Source: Kofleriaceae bacterium
GTDB taxonomy: Bacteria; Myxococcota_A; Polyangia; Haliangiales; Haliangiaceae
Reading direction: 5' to 3'
Assembly: GCA_965215005.1 (NCBI GenBank)
Contig: CBDCCZ010000003.1
Location: forward strand, 64,001-128,000
DNA: 64,000 bases
Position 1 is the first letter of the stretch. Each line of letters begins with the position of its first letter. Shown in pieces: positions 10,501 through 18,647 of this stretch. A model generated the notes under the pieces. That model was given only the letters and a program-made list of their open reading frames with translations, did not search any database and had not been told where the DNA came from. Both the position numbers and the translations under genes were made by a program.

Positions 10501-10912
10501 CGCCGAGGATGACACTCGTTCCATCGCCGCCAACATCCCGGGCGGTGGTTCTGGTGGCGGTCTGCATCGCGACCATGCTCGCGACATCGGTGACCGACGC
10601 CGCGGGCGGATTGCGCCCCGCGCGCACATACGAAAGGAAGTCGCCAGCGTCGGCAACCTCCATGGCCAGATACCAGTTGCCGTCCTCGCAGGCGAGGTCG
10701 TAGAGGGCCACGACGTTGGGGTGCGCGAGATCCCCCACCGCCCGATACTCGCGCTTGAAGCGATACAGGTTGACCGGATCGAAGGTTCGCAGGGTCTTGA
10801 GCGCTACAGGAACCCGTCGCTGCTCATCGAACGCTTCGAATACCACGCCCATCCCGCCAGCACCGAGACGGCCACGAATGGTGAAGCGAGAGTTCTGGGG
10901 CAAGGGTTTCAT
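7523..10912 (-). CDS. Ser/Thr protein kinase fused to AAA/STAND ATPase and TPR-like helical region
   Basis: GAGGMG, VALK, HRDIKSSN, DFG, GTVAYMAPE; FVGRERE, Walker A GEAGIGKT, Walker B IDDWQWSD; Ala-rich helical C-terminus. Confidence 0.9.
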   Translation of the reverse strand: MKPLPQNSRFTIRGRLGAGGMGVVFEAFDEQRRVPVALKTLRTFDPVNLYRFKREYRAVGDLAHPNVVALYDLACEDGNWYLAMEVADAGDFLSYVRAGRNPPAASVTDVASMVAMQTATRTTARDVGGDGTSVILGDPVTLLSRIALPAVPDTRPTVDEVVDVERLREAMRQLVSGLAALHEADIVHRDIKSSNVLVRRDGRVVITDFGVVAELPRARRVGLHDRTAGTVAYMAPEQAAGGTPEPASDWYAVGVLLYAALTGTAPYVGPTMSILSAKCGGLTPIDPNLLTANLPTDLVELCNRLLAPSPAARPQASELLTAFDLPPPRQNWRARQFVGRERELAQLVECYRSVAASAQATLVRVSGEAGIGKTRFLHELIDKLSRVDNSPVVFMGRCHERESLAYNGFDGLMDELTLYIASHHGDSRDELIGDAAAWVGHLFPVFRRLDPARKLIEAASPEHTRAVAVERLIAVIAACARKRPLLMCIDDWQWSDEASSQLLDALSAMDAPVLLMVLSRTLPTDARMSSAVHLELGPLDVASQRRLVEQFGVARQDDSAWASAAGSPLFLIELAAHVAAAGGAADWNLHEAVRERVRALGGVAQRMAEMVVVAGEPVPVVVLGAALVLEPEDRERAALELRAAGVVATSSLTSSMSIESAHAAIRAALLEAIEPMGRKDHHLRLALALEGHPDTPTAALVHHFTAGGDSLRAAQYALQFAAEAERQLAFERARAIYEDALAVLQDRDDRASDELRAKIYVGLAAMARAFGGDAQLIAAHLDAAEQIAERWELMSELARVANLRGNAAFARGDAAGCRSHHERARQWAIAVGDRQAELRATSGIGDALMMIRELSAAREQFSAAETLAEQLGDAAAFVINSSVDAGLGYFLLDWQRGEQVARTAYELAQAEDLAREIAITGHIYSLYLREPRAHEEALAVTLNMLEASRRVRLPRLICISLATKARALVAAGRFGEAIEVITEACGMAEDGHGLLGGADAYLLLARTSEEPAERQRALDRSEAYALRLPAAFNVLPVYTEGIDIALALDDVPRARRYLQQLEDYSDDVRATWASFYGMRARVLIDRHEGNCGEETENTLARFLSWARELGAAAAVAAFTDTDRARLRMS

Positions 10913-11195
10913 CTTAACGCAAGCGGCGCCGTTGCACGCAGTCAGCTCGTGCTGCTGCTAAATCAGAAGACCTCGCAGCAGCAGCGAGAGCAGCGCTAGC
11001 GACACCTCTGGCGAGCAGCAAAAGTCGGCCGGTCAGCGGCTGGGAGAAGGTGGCAAAACAATCGTCGTTGCATTTTACTCGTTCAGCCATCACAGTAACT
11101 TCCGATACCTAAAAATACACGAGAGAATTCACCGCGAGTGCTGAATTGCTGAGGCCACGCTGCACAGCCGCCTGATGCGGCCATCGAGGAAGTAC

Positions 11196-12917
11196 ATGTC
11201 ACCGTTGCAACGACCCATCACCGATCTTGGCACTGCGGCCACACACGCCCCTCTCAGTCATCACCTCACGAGCCTGCTAGAAGCACTGGGCATTCGCCAC
11301 GCATTTGGCGTCTCTGGCGGCGCCATCGGCGCGCTTTGGCACTCTCTTCACCAAAGTGACATCGAGGTCATGCACTTCCGTCATGAAGCGGGCGCCGCGT
11401 TCGCGGCAATCGAGAGTTACTTCGTTACCGGTGTTCCGGCGGCGGTCTTCGTGACCAGCGGCCCGGGACTCACCAACGCACTCACAGGCGCCTACGCCGC
11501 TCGTTACGACGGCGCCAAGCTACTACTCTTGTCACCAGCAACGGCAGCGAGCGGTCGCGGGCGGCGCGCATTTCAGGAAACCAGCTCTGCAACGCTACCC
11601 TCGGGGCTGTTCGAAGATGGACCGCTCTTCGACTATGCGACGACGATCAGCTCAGGCGACGAGCTCGGACAGGTTGCCCGGCGGCTAGCGATGGGGTTCT
11701 CGCGGCCAGGAACCTTCGTGGCGCATGTGAGTGTACCTACGTCGCTGCAAACCGCACTCACGGAAGCACGGGCTTGGCCATCCGTCCGCGTGGCGCCGGC
11801 CGCACCATCGGAAGAGTCAGTAAAGGAGTGCGCCTCTCTCCTCAACGAGGCTCCTTTTGTCATTTGGGTGGGGCATGGTGCGCGTGATGATGCTCCATTG
11901 GTTCGCGAGCTCGCCCAACAAAGCGGCGCGGCGGTTATGTGCTCACCCCGCGCGAAAGGGATTGTATCGGAGCGGGATCCGCAGTACTTGGGAGTAACCG
12001 GCTTTGCGGGTCATGAGCAGGTTCTCCACTACATGAGAGAGTCGCGACCGGCTCGGGTGTTGGTACTCGGAAGTCGCCTCGGAGAGCTCACGTCGTTCTT
12101 CGATCAAGAGCTCACTCCAGCCGAGGGCTTCATTCACGTCGACGTCGACGCATCGGTCTTCGGCGCCGCCTATCCCGATAGCGAGACACTCGGCGTCCAA
12201 GCTGACATCGGTGCGTTCCTCCGCGCGCTCCTGCCACATATCGAGAAGCGAGTACCATCCGGCTTACCTCGCCCACAGCCCGAGCCGATGCGTCTCATGG
12301 CAGAAGGACGCGGCGTCGACCCGCGAGCGGTCATGCGTGCCATCCAAGACGTGGTCGTCGACGAGAGCGAGGGAATGGTGATTACCGAGGCCGGGAACTC
12401 GTTTGCGTGGGGCACGCACTGTCTCCGCTTCGAAGACGCCAAGCGCTACCGAGTCAGCACCGGATGCGCCGCCATGGGCCACGCCGCCACGGGTGTACTG
12501 GGTTCGGCGTTGGTCGCCGACCGCCCCTCCGTAGCCGTGGTAGGCGATGGTGCCATGTTGATGAACAGCGAGGTCAGCACAGCCGTTCACTACGGGATTC
12601 CAGCAATCTGGGTAGTGCTTAACGACGCAAGGTACAACATGGTTTGCCAGGGCGCAGCGCAGCTCGGCCTGCGCGGCCTCGACGCAGAGATACCCGCGTG
12701 CGATTTTGTGCAAATCGCCCGTGGGATGGGAGCCAGCGGCATTCGTGTGGAGCGCGAAGATGAGCTCGAAGCGGCCCTACGAGCAGCGCTTGCCGCCAAC
12801 GCGCCTTACGTCATCGACGTGCAGATCGATCATCAGGTTGCGGCACCCACCGGCAACCGCAATGCTCACTTGGCCAGCCAAGGCATCAATCGAAACTTAC
12901 AGGATGGAGCGCTGTGA
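11196..12917 (+). CDS. scyA: ThDP-dependent acyloin synthase, ScyA-like (acetolactate synthase family)
   Basis: FGVSGGA, HFRHEAGAAFAA.E.YF, GPGLTNALTG, RGR.A.QETS, F.AH.S.PT..QT as I recall them from cyanobacterial ScyA; ThDP motif GDGAMLMN...VLND; GAGGA RBS before ATG 11196 (alternative start 11175); coupled to a scyC-like gene. Confidence 0.75.
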   Translation: MSPLQRPITDLGTAATHAPLSHHLTSLLEALGIRHAFGVSGGAIGALWHSLHQSDIEVMHFRHEAGAAFAAIESYFVTGVPAAVFVTSGPGLTNALTGAYAARYDGAKLLLLSPATAASGRGRRAFQETSSATLPSGLFEDGPLFDYATTISSGDELGQVARRLAMGFSRPGTFVAHVSVPTSLQTALTEARAWPSVRVAPAAPSEESVKECASLLNEAPFVIWVGHGARDDAPLVRELAQQSGAAVMCSPRAKGIVSERDPQYLGVTGFAGHEQVLHYMRESRPARVLVLGSRLGELTSFFDQELTPAEGFIHVDVDASVFGAAYPDSETLGVQADIGAFLRALLPHIEKRVPSGLPRPQPEPMRLMAEGRGVDPRAVMRAIQDVVVDESEGMVITEAGNSFAWGTHCLRFEDAKRYRVSTGCAAMGHAATGVLGSALVADRPSVAVVGDGAMLMNSEVSTAVHYGIPAIWVVLNDARYNMVCQGAAQLGLRGLDAEIPACDFVQIARGMGASGIRVEREDELEAALRAALAANAPYVIDVQIDHQVAAPTGNRNAHLASQGINRNLQDGAL

Positions 12918-13867
12918 ACAACGAACGCAACACGGTAGCCGTTTCCGCGTACATCGATACCAGCCTAGATGCATCGCTGGCGTACATGCAGAGGCTAGAG
13001 CACCTCAACGATTGGACGCTGTTTAGTCGCATGGTCGAAAAGGTTGACGACTACACCTGGCTAGGCACCGCGTCCTGCTATCAAAGCCAGCTCTACTATC
13101 ATTTGCGCACCATCGATACGCCTCGCTTCACCGGTATCGAGTGGCACTGCGGGCTCGAGTATCAGAACTACTTTCAGGTCTACCCCGCGCTCCTGTTTCC
13201 GCCGAGCTACGTTCGTCCCGGCTCGCAAGAAACGGGCAGCTACCTGCACTGGGTGAGCTTTGTAGATCCCCGGCGCCGCACAGGAATGATGGAGCAGGCA
13301 GTAGAGCTCGTTCACCGTTCCGAGGTCCGGTCGCTCAAGGCGATTCTCGAGCGCAAGGCAGGCCTCTCGCGAGCCGCCGTTGGCGAGTGGGACATTCGCA
13401 GCCAGACGATCTACATAGACGCGCCACTTGCCGACGGCGTGGCCTACCTCGCCGACGTTCGCAACGTTGCCGAGTGGGCCCACCTGCTCCGCGCCGACGG
13501 CCAGCTAGGCAGCGATCGCGGCGTCTTCCGCGACGAATACGATCAAGTCGTAGAGGTCTCGACCAGCGTGCAGGAGCTAGGCAAGTACTTCATCGTCGAG
13601 GAAGATCGGCATTTCCCCCAGCATGAGAAGTGGGAGCGTTGCCCAACTCTACTCATTCCCTGCTCCTACGCATTTGGTGACCCCGAAGCCACTGGCTACC
13701 TGCAGCACCGCATCACCTTCTGGCCACGAACGGAGACGCCGACGCGGGGCCGGCTCCTGCTCGAGGACTACGCTGCAGAAAGCGTCAATATCAAGCGATT
13801 GATCGAAGCTCGCGCCGGGAACCTCGAGACCTTTGCCCGCGGCCTGAGCTACCTGCCCCGCACCTAG
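12914..13867 (+). CDS. scyC: ScyC-like cyclase/decarboxylase (two tandem SRPBCC-like domains)
   Basis: SAYI, WTLFSRM, TWLGTAS, LYYH, GIEWHCGLEY..YFQVYP.LLFPP, HW.SFVDP, VH.SE.RSLK..LERKAG match remembered ScyC; second repeat TIYIDAP...EWA; GTGA overlap with upstream stop. Confidence 0.8.
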   Translation: MNNERNTVAVSAYIDTSLDASLAYMQRLEHLNDWTLFSRMVEKVDDYTWLGTASCYQSQLYYHLRTIDTPRFTGIEWHCGLEYQNYFQVYPALLFPPSYVRPGSQETGSYLHWVSFVDPRRRTGMMEQAVELVHRSEVRSLKAILERKAGLSRAAVGEWDIRSQTIYIDAPLADGVAYLADVRNVAEWAHLLRADGQLGSDRGVFRDEYDQVVEVSTSVQELGKYFIVEEDRHFPQHEKWERCPTLLIPCSYAFGDPEATGYLQHRITFWPRTETPTRGRLLLEDYAAESVNIKRLIEARAGNLETFARGLSYLPRT

Positions 13868-14069
13868 GTCGGCGCTCCGAAATAGATGGTCCGTTCTAGG
13901 CGACTGTGCATCCGTGCTGGCGGCGTTGCCTTGCCAGCCCGGCGCACAGACGCCGATCTTCTGACCATTTATTCCTGCGCGCCTCCTAATCTCATTAGAG
14001 TCATTTCGCAAGTCCCCTGCGACGGGCCGGTGTCGACGTCGTCGCCAACCTACTGCCAGGAGCCAAGAC

Positions 14070-14699
14070 ATGAGCATTCGAGTATTTGGAGTCGCCGAGA
14101 GCGCGTGTACCCAGAAGGTTCTACTCACACTTGCCGAGAAAGATGTCAGCTACGAGCTCTGCCGCGTCGACCTTCTCACCGGAGAGCATAAGCAGCCGAG
14201 CCATCTAGCGCGCCATCCCTTTGGGGTAGTGCCAGCCATCGACCACGACGGCTTCGAGCTCTACGAGTCGACTGCCATCATGCGATATCTCGACGCTCGC
14301 TTCCCCGACCCGCCGCTCACCCCATCGTCACTCCAGCAGCGAGCGCGGATGGATCAGATGATCAGCGTCGAGCAATCTTACCTGTCGCGCCACACCAACA
14401 CGCTCATCGTGCAGCTCCTGCTAGCCCCTACCCGGGGCGCCACGCCCGACGCAACCGCCGTGGGTCAAGCCCGCGAAGGCCTTGCGACGTGCGCGACGGT
14501 TCTAAATGACGTCCTCGCGCAGACCCGCTTCCTGGCTGCCGACGAGCGCTCTCTGGCCGATCTGGCCTGTCTGCCGTATGTGGCTGCGGCAATGCGCCTA
14601 GAGGCTCTCCCACCCATAGAACGATCCCCGCACCTGGCCCGCTGGCTGGGCGAGCTCACGGAATCGAAGAGCTGGCGCGCCCTAACGCCCCGCGGCTAG
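14070..14699 (+). CDS. Glutathione S-transferase (phi-like)
   Basis: GEHKQPSHLARHPFGVVPAI, LYESTAIMRYL, SLADL; AGGAG RBS. Confidence 0.9.
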   Translation: MSIRVFGVAESACTQKVLLTLAEKDVSYELCRVDLLTGEHKQPSHLARHPFGVVPAIDHDGFELYESTAIMRYLDARFPDPPLTPSSLQQRARMDQMISVEQSYLSRHTNTLIVQLLLAPTRGATPDATAVGQAREGLATCATVLNDVLAQTRFLAADERSLADLACLPYVAAAMRLEALPPIERSPHLARWLGELTESKSWRALTPRG

Positions 14700-15379
14700 C
14701 TCTTGCCCGTGCGCTTCTCGGCCACGCCCACGTAGATGGCGTGGCTTCGACCGCCCTTGCCAGCGTGATGCACCGAGGTCGTGAATCCAGCGTTGGCAAA
14801 GCGACGGGCGAAGGCGGCGTCAGGCTCTTCGGACCACACCGCGAGCACGCCGCCCGGGCACAGAGCCCGGCGGGCCCGCGCCAGCGCTTCACGACTATAG
14901 AAAGGATCATCGCGCTGCTGCGTGACCTCGTGAGGTCCTTCATAGAGGTCGAGGATGATCGCGTGGAGCTGCCCGGGCTCAGCGCGGGCGATGACGGCGG
15001 CTACATCGTCTAGCTCGACCCGCACCCGCGAATCGCCCACAGCGTCGTCGGTGAGTGTCGCCCAATGCGTGCGACACCACTGCAGCACCTCCGGCTGCAG
15101 CTCGGCCACGGTAACGCGCGCAGCGGCGGGCAACGCATCGAGCGCTGCACGGAGCGTGTATCCCATGCCAAGACCGCCGATGAGGATGCTTGGAGCCGCC
15201 ACGGCCGGCGTCGCCGCGCACGCGATCGTCGCCAGCGCCTCTTCGGAGCGACGCGCGGTGGAGGTCATGAGCACGCGTCCATCGATGACGAGCAGAAAAT
15301 CGCCGTCCCCGCGCTGCCGCAGCTCGAGCATTCCCTCGCGGGTCATCACTGTCTCGAGGGTCTTCCATGGACGCGCCAT
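14696..15379 (-). CDS. Spermidine synthase-like SAM-dependent transferase
   Basis: ILIGGLGMGYTLRAAL, VTVAEL, AIILDLYEGP, L.PGGVLAVWS. Confidence 0.8.
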   Translation of the reverse strand: MARPWKTLETVMTREGMLELRQRGDGDFLLVIDGRVLMTSTARRSEEALATIACAATPAVAAPSILIGGLGMGYTLRAALDALPAAARVTVAELQPEVLQWCRTHWATLTDDAVGDSRVRVELDDVAAVIARAEPGQLHAIILDLYEGPHEVTQQRDDPFYSREALARARRALCPGGVLAVWSEEPDAAFARRFANAGFTTSVHHAGKGGRSHAIYVGVAEKRTGKS

Positions 15380-15508
15380 TGGCGCACCATAACGCAGCCG
15401 ACCCGCTCCTCGGCAGCGCTCGTGGCTCAGCGAAGTCGCGCGAGAGACGCGCCGTCCCAGCGGCGCGAGCTCGTCGCCGACCGGCCACTCTTGTTACCAT
15501 CGCGATTC

Positions 15509-16363
15509 ATGCTCACCGGACCCGAAGCGGCACTGTTGGCGGTCATGTTGCTCGGTTTGATGCTGGGCGTCGGCTGCACCTTATCGCTTCGCGACTTCCG
15601 CCAGGTGGCGGCAGCCCCGTTGCCAATCGCGATCGGCCTGGTGTCGCAGTTGGTCGGTATGCCGCTCCTCGCTCTGGGCCTCGCGGCTGTCTTCGAGCTG
15701 CCCGCCCCGCTCGCGCTCGGGTTGGTGTTCGTCGCCTGCACCCCAGGCGGCACGTTGAGCAATGTCTTTGCCTACCTCGCCCGCGGCAACGTCGCCCTCA
15801 GTGTGAGCATGACCGCGGCTTCTTCGCTGATTTCGGTGGTCGCCATGCCAGTGAGCCTGTGGTTCTACGCCGGCAGCCTCACCACCACCCAAATGCGGAT
15901 CCCATACGGTGGCGTGGCTGCATCGCTTGGATCGGTGCTGTTGCCGGTGGTCGCGGGTATGGCGATCCGCGCGCGCAACGCAGCGCTGGCGGCTCGCATC
16001 GAGCGCCTCGCCAGTCGCATTGCCTTCGTTGCGCTCGCTCTCATGGCGGCGCTGTGGGCACCGAAGTTCTGGACCTATGTCGGCGACACGAACGCTGCAG
16101 GGTTTTGCGCGATCAGCGCACTGGCGCTCGCTGGATTTGCGCTCGGCTTCGGCGCCGCATCCATCGCGCGACTGCCGCTTGCGGACCGCAAGGTAATCGC
16201 GCTCGAGACCGGCATCCAAAACACGACGCTCACGTTTGGCATCATCACGTTGAGCTTTCCGCCCGCGCAGGCTGCAGCGTTTGGATGGGTTCCGCTGGTG
16301 TACGGCGCGCTCACGCTGATCTGGGCAGCCTGCCTCACCGTGCTGCTTCGTCGCGCGACGTGA
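15509..16363 (+). CDS. Bile acid:sodium symporter family transporter
   Basis: IGLVSQ...MP, CTPGGTLSNVFAYLARGNVALSVSMT, ALETGIQN; many TM helices; start moved to ATG 15509. Confidence 0.9.
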   Translation: MLTGPEAALLAVMLLGLMLGVGCTLSLRDFRQVAAAPLPIAIGLVSQLVGMPLLALGLAAVFELPAPLALGLVFVACTPGGTLSNVFAYLARGNVALSVSMTAASSLISVVAMPVSLWFYAGSLTTTQMRIPYGGVAASLGSVLLPVVAGMAIRARNAALAARIERLASRIAFVALALMAALWAPKFWTYVGDTNAAGFCAISALALAGFALGFGAASIARLPLADRKVIALETGIQNTTLTFGIITLSFPPAQAAAFGWVPLVYGALTLIWAACLTVLLRRAT

Positions 16364-16424
16364 CCATCCAGCGCGTGGGCGCGCCAGCGCCACCTTTCGC
16401 GCGCATTGAGGGTATTCTGCCGAG

Positions 16425-17204
16425 ATGCGATGGCCGGTGCTCGAGCTTGGCGGTGAGGATCGCACCACGCCGCCGCTGGTGCTGCTGCACGGCTTCACCG
16501 GCGTCGCAGAGAGCATGCGCGCGGTCGCGGAGCGCGCGCATGCGCCCGCGGTGAAACGCGCCCTGGCGCTTCCTGGGCATCATCCTGCGGCGCCCGTGGC
16601 AGGCTCGTTTGCCGCCAATGTCGCGCAGCTGGCGGATGCGTTGCGCGTTCTTGGACCGCCCGCGCATCTCGTTGGCTACTCGCTCGGCGCACGATTGGCG
16701 CTCGGACTGTTGGCTGAATATCCAGCTCTAGTCGCCCGAGCGACTCTCATCGGTGTGCATCCGGGATTGATCGATGAGCAGCAGCGAGCAGCGCGGCGCT
16801 CTCACGACGAGCGCTGGGTGCGACTGCTCCGCGAGCATGGCATTGCCGCGTTCGTCGCCCAGTGGGAGGCCCTGCCGATGTGGCGCACGCAGCATCGATG
16901 CAGCGGCCGGGCGCTGGCCGCGCAGCGCGCGGCTCGCTTGCAACACGACGCCGAGGCGCTGGCGAGGAGCCTCGAGACGATGGGGCTTGCCGAGATGCCG
17001 AGCTACGTCTCGGCGTTGGCCGCAACCGAGAAACCGGTCGAGCTGGTGACGGGCGCTGCCGACGCAAAGTTCACCGCCATCGCCCACGACTTGCTCGGCG
17101 TTGCTCCTCAGCTCCGGCATCGGAGTATCGCCGACGCCGGCCACAACCTCGTGCTGGAAGCGCCCGTCGCCATCTGGCCGGAGGCGAATTATAGTGCCCA
17201 ATAA
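16425..17204 (+). CDS. menH: Alpha/beta hydrolase, MenH-like (SHCHC synthase)
   Basis: LLHGFTG, GYSLGARLAL nucleophile elbow, R..R...DE.W, D.KF, AGHN. Confidence 0.7.
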   Translation: MRWPVLELGGEDRTTPPLVLLHGFTGVAESMRAVAERAHAPAVKRALALPGHHPAAPVAGSFAANVAQLADALRVLGPPAHLVGYSLGARLALGLLAEYPALVARATLIGVHPGLIDEQQRAARRSHDERWVRLLREHGIAAFVAQWEALPMWRTQHRCSGRALAAQRAARLQHDAEALARSLETMGLAEMPSYVSALAATEKPVELVTGAADAKFTAIAHDLLGVAPQLRHRSIADAGHNLVLEAPVAIWPEANYSAQ

Positions 17205-17447
17205 GCACGTTCCGCTTCGGCGCTCAGCCTCTCGAGCTCTCTTCGCACATCGTACGACCCTCCCCACCTCTTCGAATCTTCGACGGCGAAAGCTCACGCC
17301 AAACATAGATGATTCGATGGAAGCCGCTGTAGCCACTGAGATGTTCGCGAAGCATCAACTGGCTAGTCCACTCGTCACTTTGGCACTTTAGTGCCAGTAA
17401 ACGTAAGATGCCGTACTGCTACAACAGCAGCTTCACTGCGCCGCTGA

Positions 17448-17463
17448 TGGCCCGCCGGTTGCT
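17448..17463 (+). promoter_or_regulatory. Candidate sigma-54 promoter (-24/-12) with upstream palindrome at 17381-17396
   Basis: TGGCCCGCCGGTTGCT (GG-N10-GC) 12 nt before the ATG; palindrome TGGCAC-TTTA-GTGCCA about 50 bp upstream. Confidence 0.55.
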
Positions 17464-17475
17464 CTGTGGCGCTTC

Positions 17476-18519
17476 ATGCACCCTACTCAATCGCTTCGCT
17501 TTTTAGCGCTGGCCTTGGCCGGCGTAGGCAGCTCCGTCGGCTGTGCCGAACCGCTCTCGAACGACGCCACTGCTCTGGCGGCAACCGCCGATAGCGAGTC
17601 CGGCGCCGGCTCGATCACGTTCGCGGTACCGCGCCGCACCCGCGTCCAATTCGCAACGCTTCCGGCCGGACCGATCAACATCGAGCTCGAGCTCCGGTCC
17701 AGCACCGATCTCGATCTGCAAGTATTCGACGGCCAAACCCCCGTGGTCCAGTGGCCTGCCGGTGTGCTTGCCGGCGAGACCGGCGCCGCGGTGGAATACG
17801 ACGGCGCACTCATCACCTATAGCGGGTACGGCGGCGACGGCAGCGGCACCGGCAACGAACGGCTCCACATCGGCGGCAACCTCGCCAGTCCCCTCACCGT
17901 CCACGTATTCGGCTATTCCGCCGGCGTTGCGACCGTGAATTACGAGTTTGGCCAGAGCGGCGTTGGCGCCAGCTGTGGCAGCCGCGGCCTGCCGCCGTGC
18001 GCGCCCAACCTGGTGTGCAAGAACGGCGACGACGGAGCCATCGAGCGCGACGTGCCCGGCACCTGCCAAACCGAGACCTGGTGCGAGAGCGAAGCGAGCG
18101 CCGCCAGCGACTGTGAAGGCCTCGTCCATGTCGCCGTGCCGGGCCGCTGGGGCTGCGAATCCTTCGAGTGCGTATGGCGCACCGATGAGGACGCCGCCCC
18201 GCCGCAGGCGTGCTCGCTCTATGGCGATGCATGCGCCGCCGGAAGCGTTTGCGACTACGAATGCCCCACCGCCACCAACTGCGGCATCAATCCGCAGGGC
18301 ACCTGCCGCCTCGAGTGCACCTCGGCCGTCGACTGTGACGCCGGCCAATACTGCACCACCACCGGCGTGTGCCGCGCCGATAGCACCTGCGGAACGCCAG
18401 CCGACTGCACCCAGCCCGACAACGACTGGGACTCTGGCGCCTGCATCGCCACCCGCCGTTGGGTGCCGACCTGCGAAGCCCAGAGCTGCGGCTTCGGCTG
18501 CGCTCCGCTCGAGCCGTAA
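17476..18519 (+). CDS. Secreted lipoprotein with PPC-like beta domain and Cys-rich C-terminal repeats
   Basis: Lipobox SVGC; DLDLQV...GNE.L.I...V.VFGY; CGSRGLPPC followed by many disulfide-type Cys modules. Confidence 0.7.
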   Translation: MHPTQSLRFLALALAGVGSSVGCAEPLSNDATALAATADSESGAGSITFAVPRRTRVQFATLPAGPINIELELRSSTDLDLQVFDGQTPVVQWPAGVLAGETGAAVEYDGALITYSGYGGDGSGTGNERLHIGGNLASPLTVHVFGYSAGVATVNYEFGQSGVGASCGSRGLPPCAPNLVCKNGDDGAIERDVPGTCQTETWCESEASAASDCEGLVHVAVPGRWGCESFECVWRTDEDAAPPQACSLYGDACAAGSVCDYECPTATNCGINPQGTCRLECTSAVDCDAGQYCTTTGVCRADSTCGTPADCTQPDNDWDSGACIATRRWVPTCEAQSCGFGCAPLEP

Positions 18520-18647
18520 GCGCGATCGAACCAGACGGCGGTGACCTCGGCATCGCCGCGCCGCGCTCCCGATCAGCCGCGGACCGCGATTCGGGAGCGC
18601 GCTCGCTTCCACTCGAATTTGGTGGGTGTTACAGTGAGTTAGCGCTC

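Noticed and set aside
7523..10912. Avs-type anti-phage defence system
   Set aside because: Kinase-AAA-TPR fusions are a common myxobacterial signalling family, and no defence-island neighbours are present.
13886..14069. A small scyB-like or leader ORF between scyC and the GST
   Set aside because: Too short, with no dehydrogenase motifs; only a weak palindrome (CTAATCTCATTAG) is present.
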